Shown here one piece after another: positions 1 through 11,297 of a DNA stretch of 64,000 nt. Position numbers and translations under genes: made by a program. This DNA comes from Nemertoderma westbladi (lineage: Eukaryota; Animalia; Xenacoelomorpha): assembly GCA_032718475.1 (NCBI GenBank), contig JAUCBJ010002601.1:1-64000 (forward strand). Direction: 5' to 3'. Every line of letters begins with the position of its first letter. The first letter of the stretch is position 1. The notes below the pieces were generated by a model. That model saw only the letters and a list, made by a program, of their open reading frames with translations, was not told where the DNA came from and did not search any database.

Positions 1-773
1 TAATCGTTGCTGGCATTGGACCGTTATATTGTGACACAGAAGCACAGGTACTCTCACCAGATGGTGAAACTGAGTTTTTCTCAATCCTGGCTGGCGTACT
101 GCAAGGTGACACATTTAGCACCATTACTATTTGTAATTGTACTGGATTACGCAATGAAGACACCCACAAAGGGTGAAGATCTGGGATTCACACTTCAAGA
201 ACGCAGAAGTAGTAGATATCCGGCAACTGCAGTCACAGACACCGACTTTGCGGATGACATCGCCCTGCTCTCTAATACGCTAGCAGATGCACAGCTTCTA
301 CTGAATAAAGTGGAGAGGGCTGCTAAGGAGGTTGGATTGCATATAAATGCTACCAAGACCGAATTCATGACTTTTAATGTTGATGGAAACTTGACATCCA
401 TTGATAATAATCAACTAAGGAAGGTTGACGACTTCCAGTACCTTGGATTATCGATAGAGAGTAGCAAAAAGGACATAGAAGTTAGGAAAGCAAAGGCTTG
501 GGTAGCTCTATCAAAAATGGATACCAGGCACCTGAAGACTAAGTTCTTTCGAGCCACAGTGGAAAGTGTATTTTTATACGGGGGTGAGACCTGGCACCTG
601 GACACTGGCTAAATCACTTGAACAACGAATTGATGGTTGCTACACAAGACTACTAAGGGCAGCCCTAAACATCAGCTGGAGACAACACATGACAAACGCC
701 GAGCTTTATGGTACAATACCACCTGTATCAACCACCCTCCGTGAACGCAGATTAAGATTCAGTGGGCACTGCT
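1..773 (+). mobile_element. Degenerate RTE-clade non-LTR retrotransposon fragment (RT C-terminal half), cut off by the LTR at 774
   Basis: Reads GVLQGDT/LAPLLFVIVLDY, DTDFADDIALLS, VGLHINATKT, FQYLG, FRATVESVFLYG, RLRFSGHC across frames. Frameshifts near 113 and 600. The reading frame stops at the LTR start TGTAC (774). Confidence 0.88.
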
Positions 774-2023
774 TGTACGCGCTTTTGAAGACCTTTAGCA
801 GTTTAACCTGCCAAAATTTATATGTCTTTTGGTTTATCAATATACTTTAGAAGATGACAAATATTTAATACCAATAAACACAACATTAGCAGAAGCCAGC
901 CTAGTGCGCGTCCATTCACCCGCTGGATATTCCCGGGAGACTGGATTCTGAGGGCTTAGATTATTATTGCAGTGAAGCCTACTGTATTATTCGATTGATC
1001 GTTAATAAATAATTTCTGACTAATATTATTCACTTTCGGGAAATATTAACAGTTCCTTTAGGATGTGGCGCTCTATCTAGGTAAACAGAGATATGACTTA
1101 TACTAATCACAACGGTAAGTCGGTAAGGCTTATGATTCACGTATGAGGCGCATTCTTTAGGAAATGCTTAGTTATCAGCCACAATCATGCACACTACCGG
1201 TAACACACAACACTGCTCACTAATTTGCCGACCGTCAATGAATTTTATCATATATAAAGAGAATAGCAACGGACTCATGTAGGGCTTATCAAATAGCATT
1301 GAATTCAATACACACCACAATAATATAAGTCGCAATCGCTATATATATAACCCGCCTCTCTAACCTGTAGTGTATCAAGAAAATTGGGAAATTTGGGTTC
1401 TTTATAAATGTTCTCCAAATAATATTCAACCAAACAACAGCAAACTATTAAGACGGTAGGTTAAGATATGATATGAACCGATATGTACAGTGATATGCAC
1501 TGATATGGACCGATAACAGTTATACGCTCTATAATCTTAAGCCTACTAATGTTTCTTCTAAAGTATGAAAAGAATTAACTCTAGAGCCGGTGTTTCTGTC
1601 TTAGACAGCAATAACAACAAAGTATCAAGTAAAAACAGTAAGACTGAAGACTCTCCTTATGATCGGCCGAAAAGCTACACGTCGACAGGAAAAATCGCTC
1701 TGATTGGCTCAAGCCAAACAAAGAACCATTCGTCCAATGGCTGTTTCCATGTCAGCAACCAGCTGTTAGATGTCGTAATATGAATCATCACGGCTAAGCT
1801 GTGAAAGGTATTTGGTGCATTGTAGGTTTTTTGCCTTACCATGTCCGCCAAAACACGTATATAGCAGAATGACTTTTATGTCCGTTAAAACACCTATAAC
1901 GGTACCTTGCTGGCGAGGGGAATATATATACAGTTAGAGAACCTTTTAGAGTATTCCAGCGCCTGGGGGGGAAACTGGATTGCGAAGCAAAGGGGCCAGT
2001 TATATCCCACAGAAGCTTTTACA
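774..2023 (-). repeat. 3' LTR of element 1 (1250 bp)
   Basis: On +, starts tgtacgcgcttttgaagacc and ends agcttttaca. Homologous to the other three LTRs. Preceded on the minus strand by the PPT. Confidence 0.9.
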
Positions 2024-2031
2024 CCGCTCCC
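2024..2031 (-). promoter_or_regulatory. Polypurine tract (GGGAGCGG) of element 1; identical at 17144-17151 in element 2
   Basis: G-rich tract directly abutting the TGT of the 3' LTR on the minus strand in both elements. Confidence 0.75.
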
Positions 2032-2101
2032 AGAAAATGGGATTTGAGTCTATAAAATATACAAAATCACAGTTTCTAATATACGTAAATACTCTAAACA
2101 G

Positions 2102-2995
2102 TTAGTCTTTCTTGCGCGGACGGCGTTTACGCAGTTTTTTAAAGCTAGCCAGAGTCCTTTTCTCTTTGGGGCGAGCCACTTTACAAGGAGGGCTATAACT
2201 CCGGGGTGAAGGGTGCAATATGATTGCATCAGAGGGTGTAGGATTATGGTCGGTGTATCCGCCAGTCGAAGTACCGGGTTGATTGACATCAACGTCCGGG
2301 GAGAGGGGTCTAACGGCTTTGAGAGCTCGTTTCAAGACAGCCGCTCTTACGGGTCCTTTACGAGTGGTCTGAACGAGAGCCTTGGGTGGACCATAGGCAG
2401 TCAGAAACCTCCGGGGTTTAATGGTTCTTTCCAACTCGCGTTCGAGGGCTCGGTATTCGTAAGGCCGCCGATATACTTCCTGTAACTCGGGGTGTGAGTT
2501 AACAAATAAGCCTCCATAGTCCGGATCCTGACGGATATAATTGATTAAGCTATAGGAATGAAGGTCGCTAGGATTAACACTCCTGAGAAATTTACGTACG
2601 AACTTGGTTGAAATACATTCTCCGACGCGCTTCAGTAGTTCGTAACTTGATATGCGTGATTTCTGTTCGACAGAAGCGAATAGATAAGGATGGAACGCAT
2701 AAACTCCTTCGTAAGCGCGTCCGGGATAATAGCGATGGCGCGAATCACAATGTAAATCAGCGTTCGCTTCCCAAGCTCTAATGTAACGTAGTGTGATCAT
2801 TTCATCTACGCTTTCCAAATCGTGATTAAAAGGGCAATCGAAACTGGCGTGTCCCTTTAGTTGATAATGGTGACATTGAGTCATAAATTGAGGGCAAACC
2901 GCAAAAATGTGCAAGTTATTGAGTCTGCAATACGCACAATAAATTTCCATCGCCGGTTGTTCGTGGAAATAGGAACAGCGGACGTTTGTGTCCAT
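2102..2995 (-). CDS. Element-1 accessory ORF3 (297 aa), zinc-knuckle-like N-terminus and basic NLS-like C-terminus, function unknown
   Basis: ATG-initiated open frame containing CAYCRLNNLHIFAVC and CHHYQLKGHASFDC, ending KKLRKRRPRKKD about 70 nt before the PPT. Confidence 0.6.
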   Translation of the reverse strand: MDTNVRCSYFHEQPAMEIYCAYCRLNNLHIFAVCPQFMTQCHHYQLKGHASFDCPFNHDLESVDEMITLRYIRAWEANADLHCDSRHRYYPGRAYEGVYAFHPYLFASVEQKSRISSYELLKRVGECISTKFVRKFLRSVNPSDLHSYSLINYIRQDPDYGGLFVNSHPELQEVYRRPYEYRALERELERTIKPRRFLTAYGPPKALVQTTRKGPVRAAVLKRALKAVRPLSPDVDVNQPGTSTGGYTDHNPTPSDAIILHPSPRSYSPPCKVARPKEKRTLASFKKLRKRRPRKKD

Positions 2996-3102
2996 GGGCG
3001 TAACATGGTCTCTCGATGCGCATAACCGACAACGTTGCCGAGAAACATAGTTGGCATGGCGATAATCGTACGCAGTGAGACACTGTGGACCTTGATACCA
3101 TT

Positions 3103-3549
3103 CTAGGATGTAATCGTTGTCGCTGTTCCGAGCGCGATAGGCTGAATCTCCTCAGATTCTAGGCATATTGGTTCGTCTTCCCAGTCTGTTACGAATAGAA
3201 TTTCGTGATATATTCTCGGTTTATCGTTACGACGCCGCTGGGTATGATATTTAAATAGAACCATTTCCCTTTCGGTGTCTACATCGTCCGTATCATGTAA
3301 ATCGATAGGATGGCCGGTAGTTAGGAGGTCCATATACGTATTATTACGATGCGTATAGCGAGCGGTGAATTTTCGATAGTCCAATTCACGCGTAAGTTGC
3401 TCTTGGGACGTCGGCGGTTCGATATAACGACCATCGTCCTCCGTAATGGTTGGATTGGTTTCACCGCGTATCAAGCTATCCACAAATGCTTGTAAAGGTA
3501 GAGTATATCGCTCCCTGATACCAAGATCATCTTCTATCAACTCCGTCAT
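3103..3549 (-). CDS. Element-1 accessory ORF2 (148 aa), unknown function
   Basis: ATG-initiated ORF. A homolog starts at 18742 in element 2 with the same TAGCAGATATG context. Confidence 0.55.
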   Translation of the reverse strand: MTELIEDDLGIRERYTLPLQAFVDSLIRGETNPTITEDDGRYIEPPTSQEQLTRELDYRKFTARYTHRNNTYMDLLTTGHPIDLHDTDDVDTEREMVLFKYHTQRRRNDKPRIYHEILFVTDWEDEPICLESEEIQPIALGTATTITS

Positions 3550-4370
3550 ATCTGCTATCTGAGTTTGTTAATATCGAAATGAGTTTATGTTTAGGCGAGC
3601 GGACGTCGCTGCCTACCTCTCTTTGCCCCCGGACAGTGGGATCCTCAGCGCCGATGTACCGTTGTCGCGGTGTTTACGCCAACATGTAGCAACAGTACGA
3701 CAACGATAACCGGCACAAGTCACTCCACTGTCCATCCCAAAGGCTTGAATCCACTTTAGGTTCTTTCTATAGGAGAGTTGGGCTACTTTCACAATTGCGA
3801 CTAGCTACTGTAAACACACCTTAGCAGTAACATTCACCTACAAACGCACAAATTCCACACAACTGTCACCAATTGTACACATACAGGCCATTTGTCCGTT
3901 AGTCAGTGCATTCCAGAATGTCACGTTATTACTGTGTATCCTTGGATACTAACAGTGTGTTATGTATTCTCTATGCTATGCAATGTGTCAAGCTTTCTAT
4001 TGTTCTCTTAACTTGCTTCTAATTCTAGCGTGGGTGTTGCTATGGTGACATTATGGAATGCTAGCGGTAGAATTAGGGTAATTCTCATGCATACAGATCT
4101 GGGATGCTATTTAATAATAATTCTTTAATTGTCAATATCCTCTTTATACATGATTTTATTAATTTTATCGGCTATTGACTATATGTTGGAGATTCTCGCA
4201 CTCTAATACACTCAATAGGATGAATCTCCGCTCCCATGATCTATTAATTAATGGAATTTTGGGGATGTTATAAATTGCATAAGACGACAATTTATGAAAT
4301 TCATTTAAAATATGAATTTAAATTTATTCCCATGAATTTTATTATTTGATGTTAAAATTGACACAATTTG

Positions 4371-4630
4371 ATTCCAGAGCAGGTCTGGGGACATAGGATC
4401 CTTAATTCTATGAAATTTGTCTTTTAAGAGTATCGGTAAGTGCTACGATATCTTAATCGACTAGAATTGTTAACGGATCTGAATTTTACAGATTTTAATA
4501 AATATTAAATTAATATTTAAGATGGGCACCGATTTATTCCAGAACTTGTCTGGGGACGTTAACCACTGATTCTAGAATTTGTCTTTCAAGTATATCAGTG
4601 GGTGCCGCGATATCTTAATCGACTAGAATT
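4371..4630. repeat. Two-copy ~165-bp-period tandem duplication in the ORF1-ORF2 spacer (also at ~19579-19840)
   Basis: attccag...tctgggga...gatatcttaatcgactagaat occurs starting at 4371 and again at 4536. Confidence 0.75.
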
Positions 4631-5177
4631 ACAGATGGTCAAAAGGTTTAACAGATTTATTTGCGTTTTACGCTACTGTTAGAGGGACATCACGCTACTA
4701 TATGTATTATTATATATGGTATGAGAGCAATATCGCACGAAGCAATGTCAGTGTGAAGAGGCAAGTCGTTTCCAAGGTCTACCCAGAGCTTGGTTTAGCC
4801 GAGACACGAGGATCTGAACTTTGCATTCTTAATACTCTGCCTACCAATAATACTTGAATATAGTAGTGGCTTTATTGTACTTTAAGAAGTACGGATATTT
4901 CATCTTACTGTAGTCACGTATTTATAATATGATACGGACAGTAAGGAAAGAGAAAAATAATTGTTTTCTCGCCGTCGCACTAAATATATTATAAGTAATT
5001 ACGTATGTAATAAACACTAATATATTGCACTAATCTACTAAATAATCACTAAAAATAACATTCTACTAAATAAAATTAAATAAAACGATTATAATAAAAT
5101 TACATAATAATACATACATAAATGTAAAATAAAAACAAATATAAAATGATATAGTCACACGCCCACTCCATATGTTA

Positions 5178-8100
5178 TTACGTTATGGAGTCCCTAGATA
5201 TTTGTCGGATTAGGGAAGTGGTCGTAGGAAGAGTATCTTGCCTTCCATAGTTTCCGGACAGTTTTTGGTCTCTTTCCAGTAAACATAAACGACTAGCTGG
5301 GCGATTGAGTTGTTGTGTTACTTTCTCCGCTCCCTTGGCCTGTCTAATCTCCGCCGGGGTAAGATGAGGAGGCCATTCTTCTTCTTCTTTACTTAAGGAG
5401 TCGGATCCACCTAACCAGCCTGGAGTATCTATCAGTTCTTGAGGAGTTGCTCCTCTGGAAGCGATGTCGGCTGGATTAATCGTCCCAAGGCAATGTCTCC
5501 ATTGATCTACATTGGAGTTAATATCGTCATTATCTGAGGAGTATGGTGTTCCCTCAGTTGGATCGTCCACCTCACTGCTTTCCACTTCCCAATCGTTTAC
5601 TTGATATATTTGTTCGTGTGGCATTCTCTCTTCGAGAGTTCTACGGGAAGGGCCAGTAAAGTACCAACCTACTCTAGTTCTTGCCGCATAGGTTTGCAGT
5701 GGCTGTGGTTGAGCAGGCCGTTTCTCTAATGTTTCGAGCGCCTCGTGCGCGTTTTGGCCGATGAGTATTTGCACTCCAGGATAATCTGTCTGGAATCGAG
5801 GTATCTTAAGATGTTGGATGCTCTCATCCTCGTCCCAATTATAAAGGTCTGCTTGAGTAGTAGCAAAGTTCTTTATAGCCACCATTTTTACTGACCTTAT
5901 ACCTTGTGTTCCTAACTTATCCTGGGGGGTGGACAACACACCTACATAGTAATCTGCCGTTAGGGTAGATTTCCAAACCTGCATAATTCCTGACATATTC
6001 AATTTAGTCCGGAACTTGGGTTGTCCAGCAAAGATATCTTCGGCTAGTTCTTGATCGATGAATGTTCCTGTGCTGCCGGAGTCAAGGAGGGCGTTCACTA
6101 TGTAGCTTTTGTTAAGACCGTGAACTCTTACTTGAACTACAGGAAATTCTCTGATTCCTACGTTGGAAGCTGGAGCTTTCCAAGAGGGTTGTTTGGCGAA
6201 AGTAGTTGGGGGAAACTCATCGTTGATGTCCTTTTCGTAAGTAAGTGCTCGATACACTGCGGTATTTATTAGATAACAGGATTCGTTGGCATCGGAGAAT
6301 TCGTCCGTATAGAATCCTTCCCACTCAGAACTTTGGTCAGTGTCGTTCACATCACTGAATTGGACATGTGATTTGGGCTCACTTACCTGACTCGGGCTGT
6401 TTCGTTCGAACTCACTGTGCAACAAGATGTGATGTTTCGCGCCACACTTTGCACACTTTACGTCGGAGTAACAGGTTCGCCGTTGGTGTCCTGATCTGAG
6501 GCAATTATAGCATAACCGCTTATTCCACAGGACTGTACGTCTGTCTACAGGGGATTTCTTTAGAAATTCAGCACACGCACTCAAACAGTGGGGCCCGTCG
6601 CACAGCGCACATTTTGGTTTGATGTTACTCACCTTACCTTGGGTAACGTTATGCACTCTCGTTCTTTCTTCGGGCTTTCTTCCGTGAATTCTCTTAGGAG
6701 ACGTAGGAGGAGTTGTTGTTACCTGTTCTCTCCTGTCACTGATTCGAGACTTGTATTTACTTACGCCTTTTGAGGTTTTGTCAACATAGTAAGATCGGTC
6801 TGTGTCTTTCCCGCTGTCCTCTTCTTGAGAAGCTTGGCTTTCGCCGTCGTCAGTGTAACACACTGGTGTTACTCTTCTCCTAGAAGCGGGTTTCTCACTT
6901 ACCTTATTTTCCGATGTTTTCTCTCTGGACTGCTTGATGAGTTGTAGTTTTACCTCACCATCTAAGAAGGACATGAGATCAGCCATGGTAGGACTTCGTC
7001 GTTGTTGTTCATTCATGTACAACACTTTCTTGTCCCAGCGTGTACATACTCCGCCCTTTGGTAAAGTAGATACTACTGCTGCAATAACCATGGAACTCTG
7101 ATATTCATGAGACTTACCTAACCAGTCCAATTGTCTACAGATTTCCTGAATTTCATCAGAAAACTCTATAATCCCGTTACTAAGGAAGTGTCGGGGGGCT
7201 ACTAATTTTGCATACAAATACTTAGCTATGTTATCCTTGTTACCATACCTGATGTTTAATGTATCCCAAACTTGTCTTAATCCATCTGGATGTCCAATAA
7301 ACTTTAACGCCATTAACTTGGGAGGTCCTTCCAAGCACTTGATGAGGAATCTAAGTTTCTCTCCGTTAGATAGTACAGAGTTCTGTATGCTATCTTTGTA
7401 ATATTCGTTGAAAGGTAACCATTTCATCTCATCTCCATTGAATTTGACGATCTCTCCCACTTTGACCGCTTGGCGGGCTTCTGTTCTAGCCATCTGACGC
7501 GTAAAGCTTTCTTGGGCCATCGTGTTATTTAATATCGAATTATCGGTATATAAATTTCTCGGATCATTATCAGGTCTATAGGGAATATCATTAATAACAG
7601 GTCTATAATCACCCTTAATAGGGTTTGCTATAGGAGTTTCAACTTCACTAGCAGTATAGATGCGTGTAGGCTCCACACCTTGCGCATGTAATACTTCAGA
7701 CCTAACAGGTGGACACAATGTTACAGGGGGTATTGGTATGCCCTTTTGGATATTGACTAATTTGTCGCGTTCTAGTGCGATACTTTGCTGCACTTCTTGC
7801 AACTCTGCTCTACTTTCCCTCACTGTTCCCTTAAGTTGGTGGACAGTCTCCTGCATCTGTCCCAGCAGGAGATTCATCCCCCGCCGTCCCTCTTCCACCC
7901 ACTCAACCGCCGAAGCGGGAGTCGCCAACATAGTAGCGGGCTGACGCGGGACGACGGGAGACAAATTATTGATTTCTCTCTCTGCTATCTGGACAGGGAT
8001 ATTCTCTTGGACTGTTCCACCGGGTACAGGCAGTGTAGTACTATGTAAAGGGAATTTAGAGTTAAGCTCTGGAAGTACAGGGGTCTCTAACACAGAAGTG

Positions 8101-9227
8101 ACTTTGGGAACGACAGGCCTAATTATTTCAGGCTCATCAACTATTGTAGGGAGTCTTTCTATTTTAACCACCTGGTCTATGGGTTCTGTACTACCTAAGT
8201 TGGTGTTATTTAGTTGCCTTCTAACAGCTGGAGGCAAATCAGGCAATTTATGACGGTGGGATGTTCTTCCACGTCTGCTTAGACGAGATCTATTTCCTTT
8301 GCCTTCAGTATCTGTTGTATCTCCTTCATCAGAGGATTTAAATCCCTGTCTCTTGGAAGTAGTCCGACTTATCAGCTGCATATCACTAGCCGTTATCTGT
8401 TTATTTAAGTAATCGTGCTTCTCTTGAAGATTCTCCAACTCTAGTTGGACTTTTTCTTCAGATGCCCTCCGTTCCGCTTCGGCCACTGCCATTGCCGCTG
8501 CTGCTTTTGCCTCTGCCGCTGCTACTGCTGCTGTCTTTCTGTCCTCTATCTGTTTTTTCTTCAACTGTTGTTCCCATTCTCTAACGATGCGGATTCTTTC
8601 ATCAATTTTCGCTCTATTCGCTGCCAACATTTCCGCATCTATTGCGTCCAACACAAACTTGGCTCCTTCACTATTGGGGGAAAGTCCAGACAGTCGTCTC
8701 CTCAACTCTTCGTCTCCTAAGAATCGCTGATAGTCGGATAGGTAGATGTCAATGGCGTCTCTAGTTCGCGGCTTCTCTGCTGCTGTTAATTCGCTTTTCA
8801 CTTCGCTTTCCCCTTGAGAAGAAGTGGCGTCGGTTGATTCTTCATAGGTTGGCCGCTCATCATAAACCGTATCCGCCATCTTCGCTCCGCGTTCGGGCAT
8901 CCGCTCAACAGTATCCGAACTACTGGAGCTATCGGGCCGCTGAGAACTAGGTTCTTGGCTAGGAGGTTGCTGCTGTTTTATAGCTTCTTCTTGATCCCGC
9001 TTGACTTGGGCCCGAGTGCCTATGGCAGACCTACGGCGCTTCACTAACTTCGCAAATTGCGAAATCGCTTCTACCAACCTAGGTTCTGACACAACCACTG
9101 CAGGGGTTGCCCTTCTTACAGTATGAGGGGTTTCAGACCTCGGTCTGGGATTCTCTACACTTTGATCTGAGAAACAGGCTGTTGTTTCTAGGAGACTATC
9201 TGACAGAGTTTGCCTTGTGTCAGCCAT
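5178..9227 (-). CDS. gag: BEL/Pao Gag-protease polyprotein with RNase H C-terminal remnant (1349 aa from ATG); no RT or integrase
   Basis: DUF1759-like KFNGDEMKWLPF...EKLRFLIKCLEG; knuckles CALCDGPHCLSAC, CYNCLRSGHQRRTC, CAKCGAKHHILLH; protease ALLDSGSTGTFI...ILIGQN...TRVGW; then directly WRHCLGTINPADIASRG...WP. The track start is GTG; the first ATG is at 9227 (caaacATGG). Confidence 0.92.
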   Translation of the reverse strand: MADTRQTLSDSLLETTACFSDQSVENPRPRSETPHTVRRATPAVVVSEPRLVEAISQFAKLVKRRRSAIGTRAQVKRDQEEAIKQQQPPSQEPSSQRPDSSSSSDTVERMPERGAKMADTVYDERPTYEESTDATSSQGESEVKSELTAAEKPRTRDAIDIYLSDYQRFLGDEELRRRLSGLSPNSEGAKFVLDAIDAEMLAANRAKIDERIRIVREWEQQLKKKQIEDRKTAAVAAAEAKAAAAMAVAEAERRASEEKVQLELENLQEKHDYLNKQITASDMQLISRTTSKRQGFKSSDEGDTTDTEGKGNRSRLSRRGRTSHRHKLPDLPPAVRRQLNNTNLGSTEPIDQVVKIERLPTIVDEPEIIRPVVPKVTSVLETPVLPELNSKFPLHSTTLPVPGGTVQENIPVQIAEREINNLSPVVPRQPATMLATPASAVEWVEEGRRGMNLLLGQMQETVHQLKGTVRESRAELQEVQQSIALERDKLVNIQKGIPIPPVTLCPPVRSEVLHAQGVEPTRIYTASEVETPIANPIKGDYRPVINDIPYRPDNDPRNLYTDNSILNNTMAQESFTRQMARTEARQAVKVGEIVKFNGDEMKWLPFNEYYKDSIQNSVLSNGEKLRFLIKCLEGPPKLMALKFIGHPDGLRQVWDTLNIRYGNKDNIAKYLYAKLVAPRHFLSNGIIEFSDEIQEICRQLDWLGKSHEYQSSMVIAAVVSTLPKGGVCTRWDKKVLYMNEQQRRSPTMADLMSFLDGEVKLQLIKQSREKTSENKVSEKPASRRRVTPVCYTDDGESQASQEEDSGKDTDRSYYVDKTSKGVSKYKSRISDRREQVTTTPPTSPKRIHGRKPEERTRVHNVTQGKVSNIKPKCALCDGPHCLSACAEFLKKSPVDRRTVLWNKRLCYNCLRSGHQRRTCYSDVKCAKCGAKHHILLHSEFERNSPSQVSEPKSHVQFSDVNDTDQSSEWEGFYTDEFSDANESCYLINTAVYRALTYEKDINDEFPPTTFAKQPSWKAPASNVGIREFPVVQVRVHGLNKSYIVNALLDSGSTGTFIDQELAEDIFAGQPKFRTKLNMSGIMQVWKSTLTADYYVGVLSTPQDKLGTQGIRSVKMVAIKNFATTQADLYNWDEDESIQHLKIPRFQTDYPGVQILIGQNAHEALETLEKRPAQPQPLQTYAARTRVGWYFTGPSRRTLEERMPHEQIYQVNDWEVESSEVDDPTEGTPYSSDNDDINSNVDQWRHCLGTINPADIASRGATPQELIDTPGWLGGSDSLSKEEEEWPPHLTPAEIRQAKGAEKVTQQLNRPASRLCLLERDQKLSGNYGRQDTLPTTTSLIRQISRDSIT

Positions 9228-10560
9228 GTTTGATTGCACAGTTGAATGCCTACTGCTATATTACAGTTAAAGCAAGTCTAGTAATTCAGTATCGCTGTTG
9301 GCCTAATAATTAATTACCGATACTGCTACTCAGTGTAGCGTGATATATATATAATATATTAGAATACCGGTATGCTTATAATATATATATAAGTATTGTA
9401 AACTAGGTTTGTCACAGGGTACCGGTATATAAATTTAGCACAGATATATATAAATATATAATAGGCCTATAGTGAATACCGGTATACAGCTTACACTTAT
9501 AGTATATATAAGTATAATTACGGACTAGATTAATTACAGAGTACCGGTATGATTTCAGCTCAAATTTATAGAGATAAATATAATAAGCCTATGGTAAATA
9601 CCGGTATGTCAATTATCAATTATTTTAGAATAATTGAATTTCTGAATATTTAGGGTTACTTGGTTACTTTAACTTACTTTATTACCGTTATTTAAGCAGT
9701 AGTTCAACTGATATTGAGACCTAGTTGTTGTATGGCAGGCCTACTATTTATAAATCGTTTGAGTTGATTTATAATAGATATATACCCGTTTAAAAAGGGG
9801 TTTTTGGTCAATATTTGAAATAAATGTTATTATTTCTGGGGGAATCACTACACAGAAGCTGTGCGCTCTCAGTGAAGTGTTACTTATTGAGACACTAAAA
9901 CTGATAATTCTAATTTACCTAAGTTACTTAATACTACAAATTACTTACGATATGGGTGAGATTAATTCTCTAATTAAAACACAACAAAAATATTACGTAC
10001 GAAATTTTTAGGGTAATTTTACAGGAAGTCTACAAACCAGCTTAACAAAGGGTTAGAATTCTGGTTATTACAACGGACAGGGTACTACGGTATTTGAAAT
10101 AATAAGTAGTAGTAAATATATTGCGCTGTCCAGATAGGAAAATACCACCGCCTGACGACCTATAACCGTATCGCTATAGGTACTACGTTATGTATCACGG
10201 ATTGTTCCTACCTAGAAGTTAATAGAGCTAACAAATGTGCCTATCAACCACTTTACAACACAAATATACTGCCCACACACTAATTACTTCGGACAGCACT
10301 GTACACTAAACCCTAAATTAGGTACAAGTACCGGTATAACAAATAATCAGTAGTTAAATATACTTGAACAGTTAAAAGAACCACGGCATCTGCTGGAGTG
10401 ACCGAAGCACAAAATCTCCAGTCTTTACCTACGCCGAGCAGCCCTGATGTAGTACCGGGGTTAGTTTAACTATAACGGTATGTATAACAAGCACAATTAC
10501 TGTAGGAATAAACTTGGGGACATGAATGTTGCGAATAATCGCATAAACTCTGAATAATAA

Positions 10561-11130
10561 ATATTACGCTACCCGTACAGAATACTCAAACAAAAATACA
10601 AACCAAACGCTGGCAGACTACTATCAAGCCTAAACAAACTACAGTATGTGCAGATTCTGAAACTGTTAGTTAGTATGCGTTCTAACACGGTAGTACGACT
10701 TACTCTTTAAGAGGGGATTGACCTTACAGCATATGGCTGCCCCAACTTACTAACGGCACTTGATCAGACAAACTCTACACACGCAGCAATCCCTTCAGGC
10801 CTAAGAATAGCTAGACAACAATCCAGCCTACAAAATATTTGAGTAATAACTATTACGGTACCTGAACAGACCACACAAACAAACACAGGCTAAAACACTG
10901 GCAGACTACGACCAAGCCTAAATAAACTACAGTATATGCAGACTCTGAAACTGTTAGTTAGTATGCGTTCTAACACGGTAGTACGACTTATTCTTTAAGA
11001 GGGGATTGACCTTACAGCATATGGCTGCCCCAACTTACTAACGGCACTTTATCAGACAAACTCTACACACGCCGTAATCTCTCCAAACCCAACAACAGTC
11101 AGACAGCAGCTCAGCCCACAATTATCTGAA
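10561..11130. repeat. ~288-bp tandem duplication in the 5' leader of element 1
   Basis: tggcagacta at 10611 and 10899 with near-identical cores. Homologous duplication at ~26745-27320. Confidence 0.85.
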
Positions 11131-11297
11131 CAATCTGAGCAGGGTCACACGCCTTCTGCTCAATATTAGCCTACTAGTAAATAAAACTGACAGAAATAGA
11201 CCTAAGTAAAATCCCAATAAAAACCAGGCGTCCCCGATTTAATATCGAGACCTACCGGTATACAATAATCAAAATCGAATAATACTAATGTACTTAT

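Noticed and set aside
2102-3549. env gene
   Set aside because: No signal peptide, fusion peptide or transmembrane anchor.
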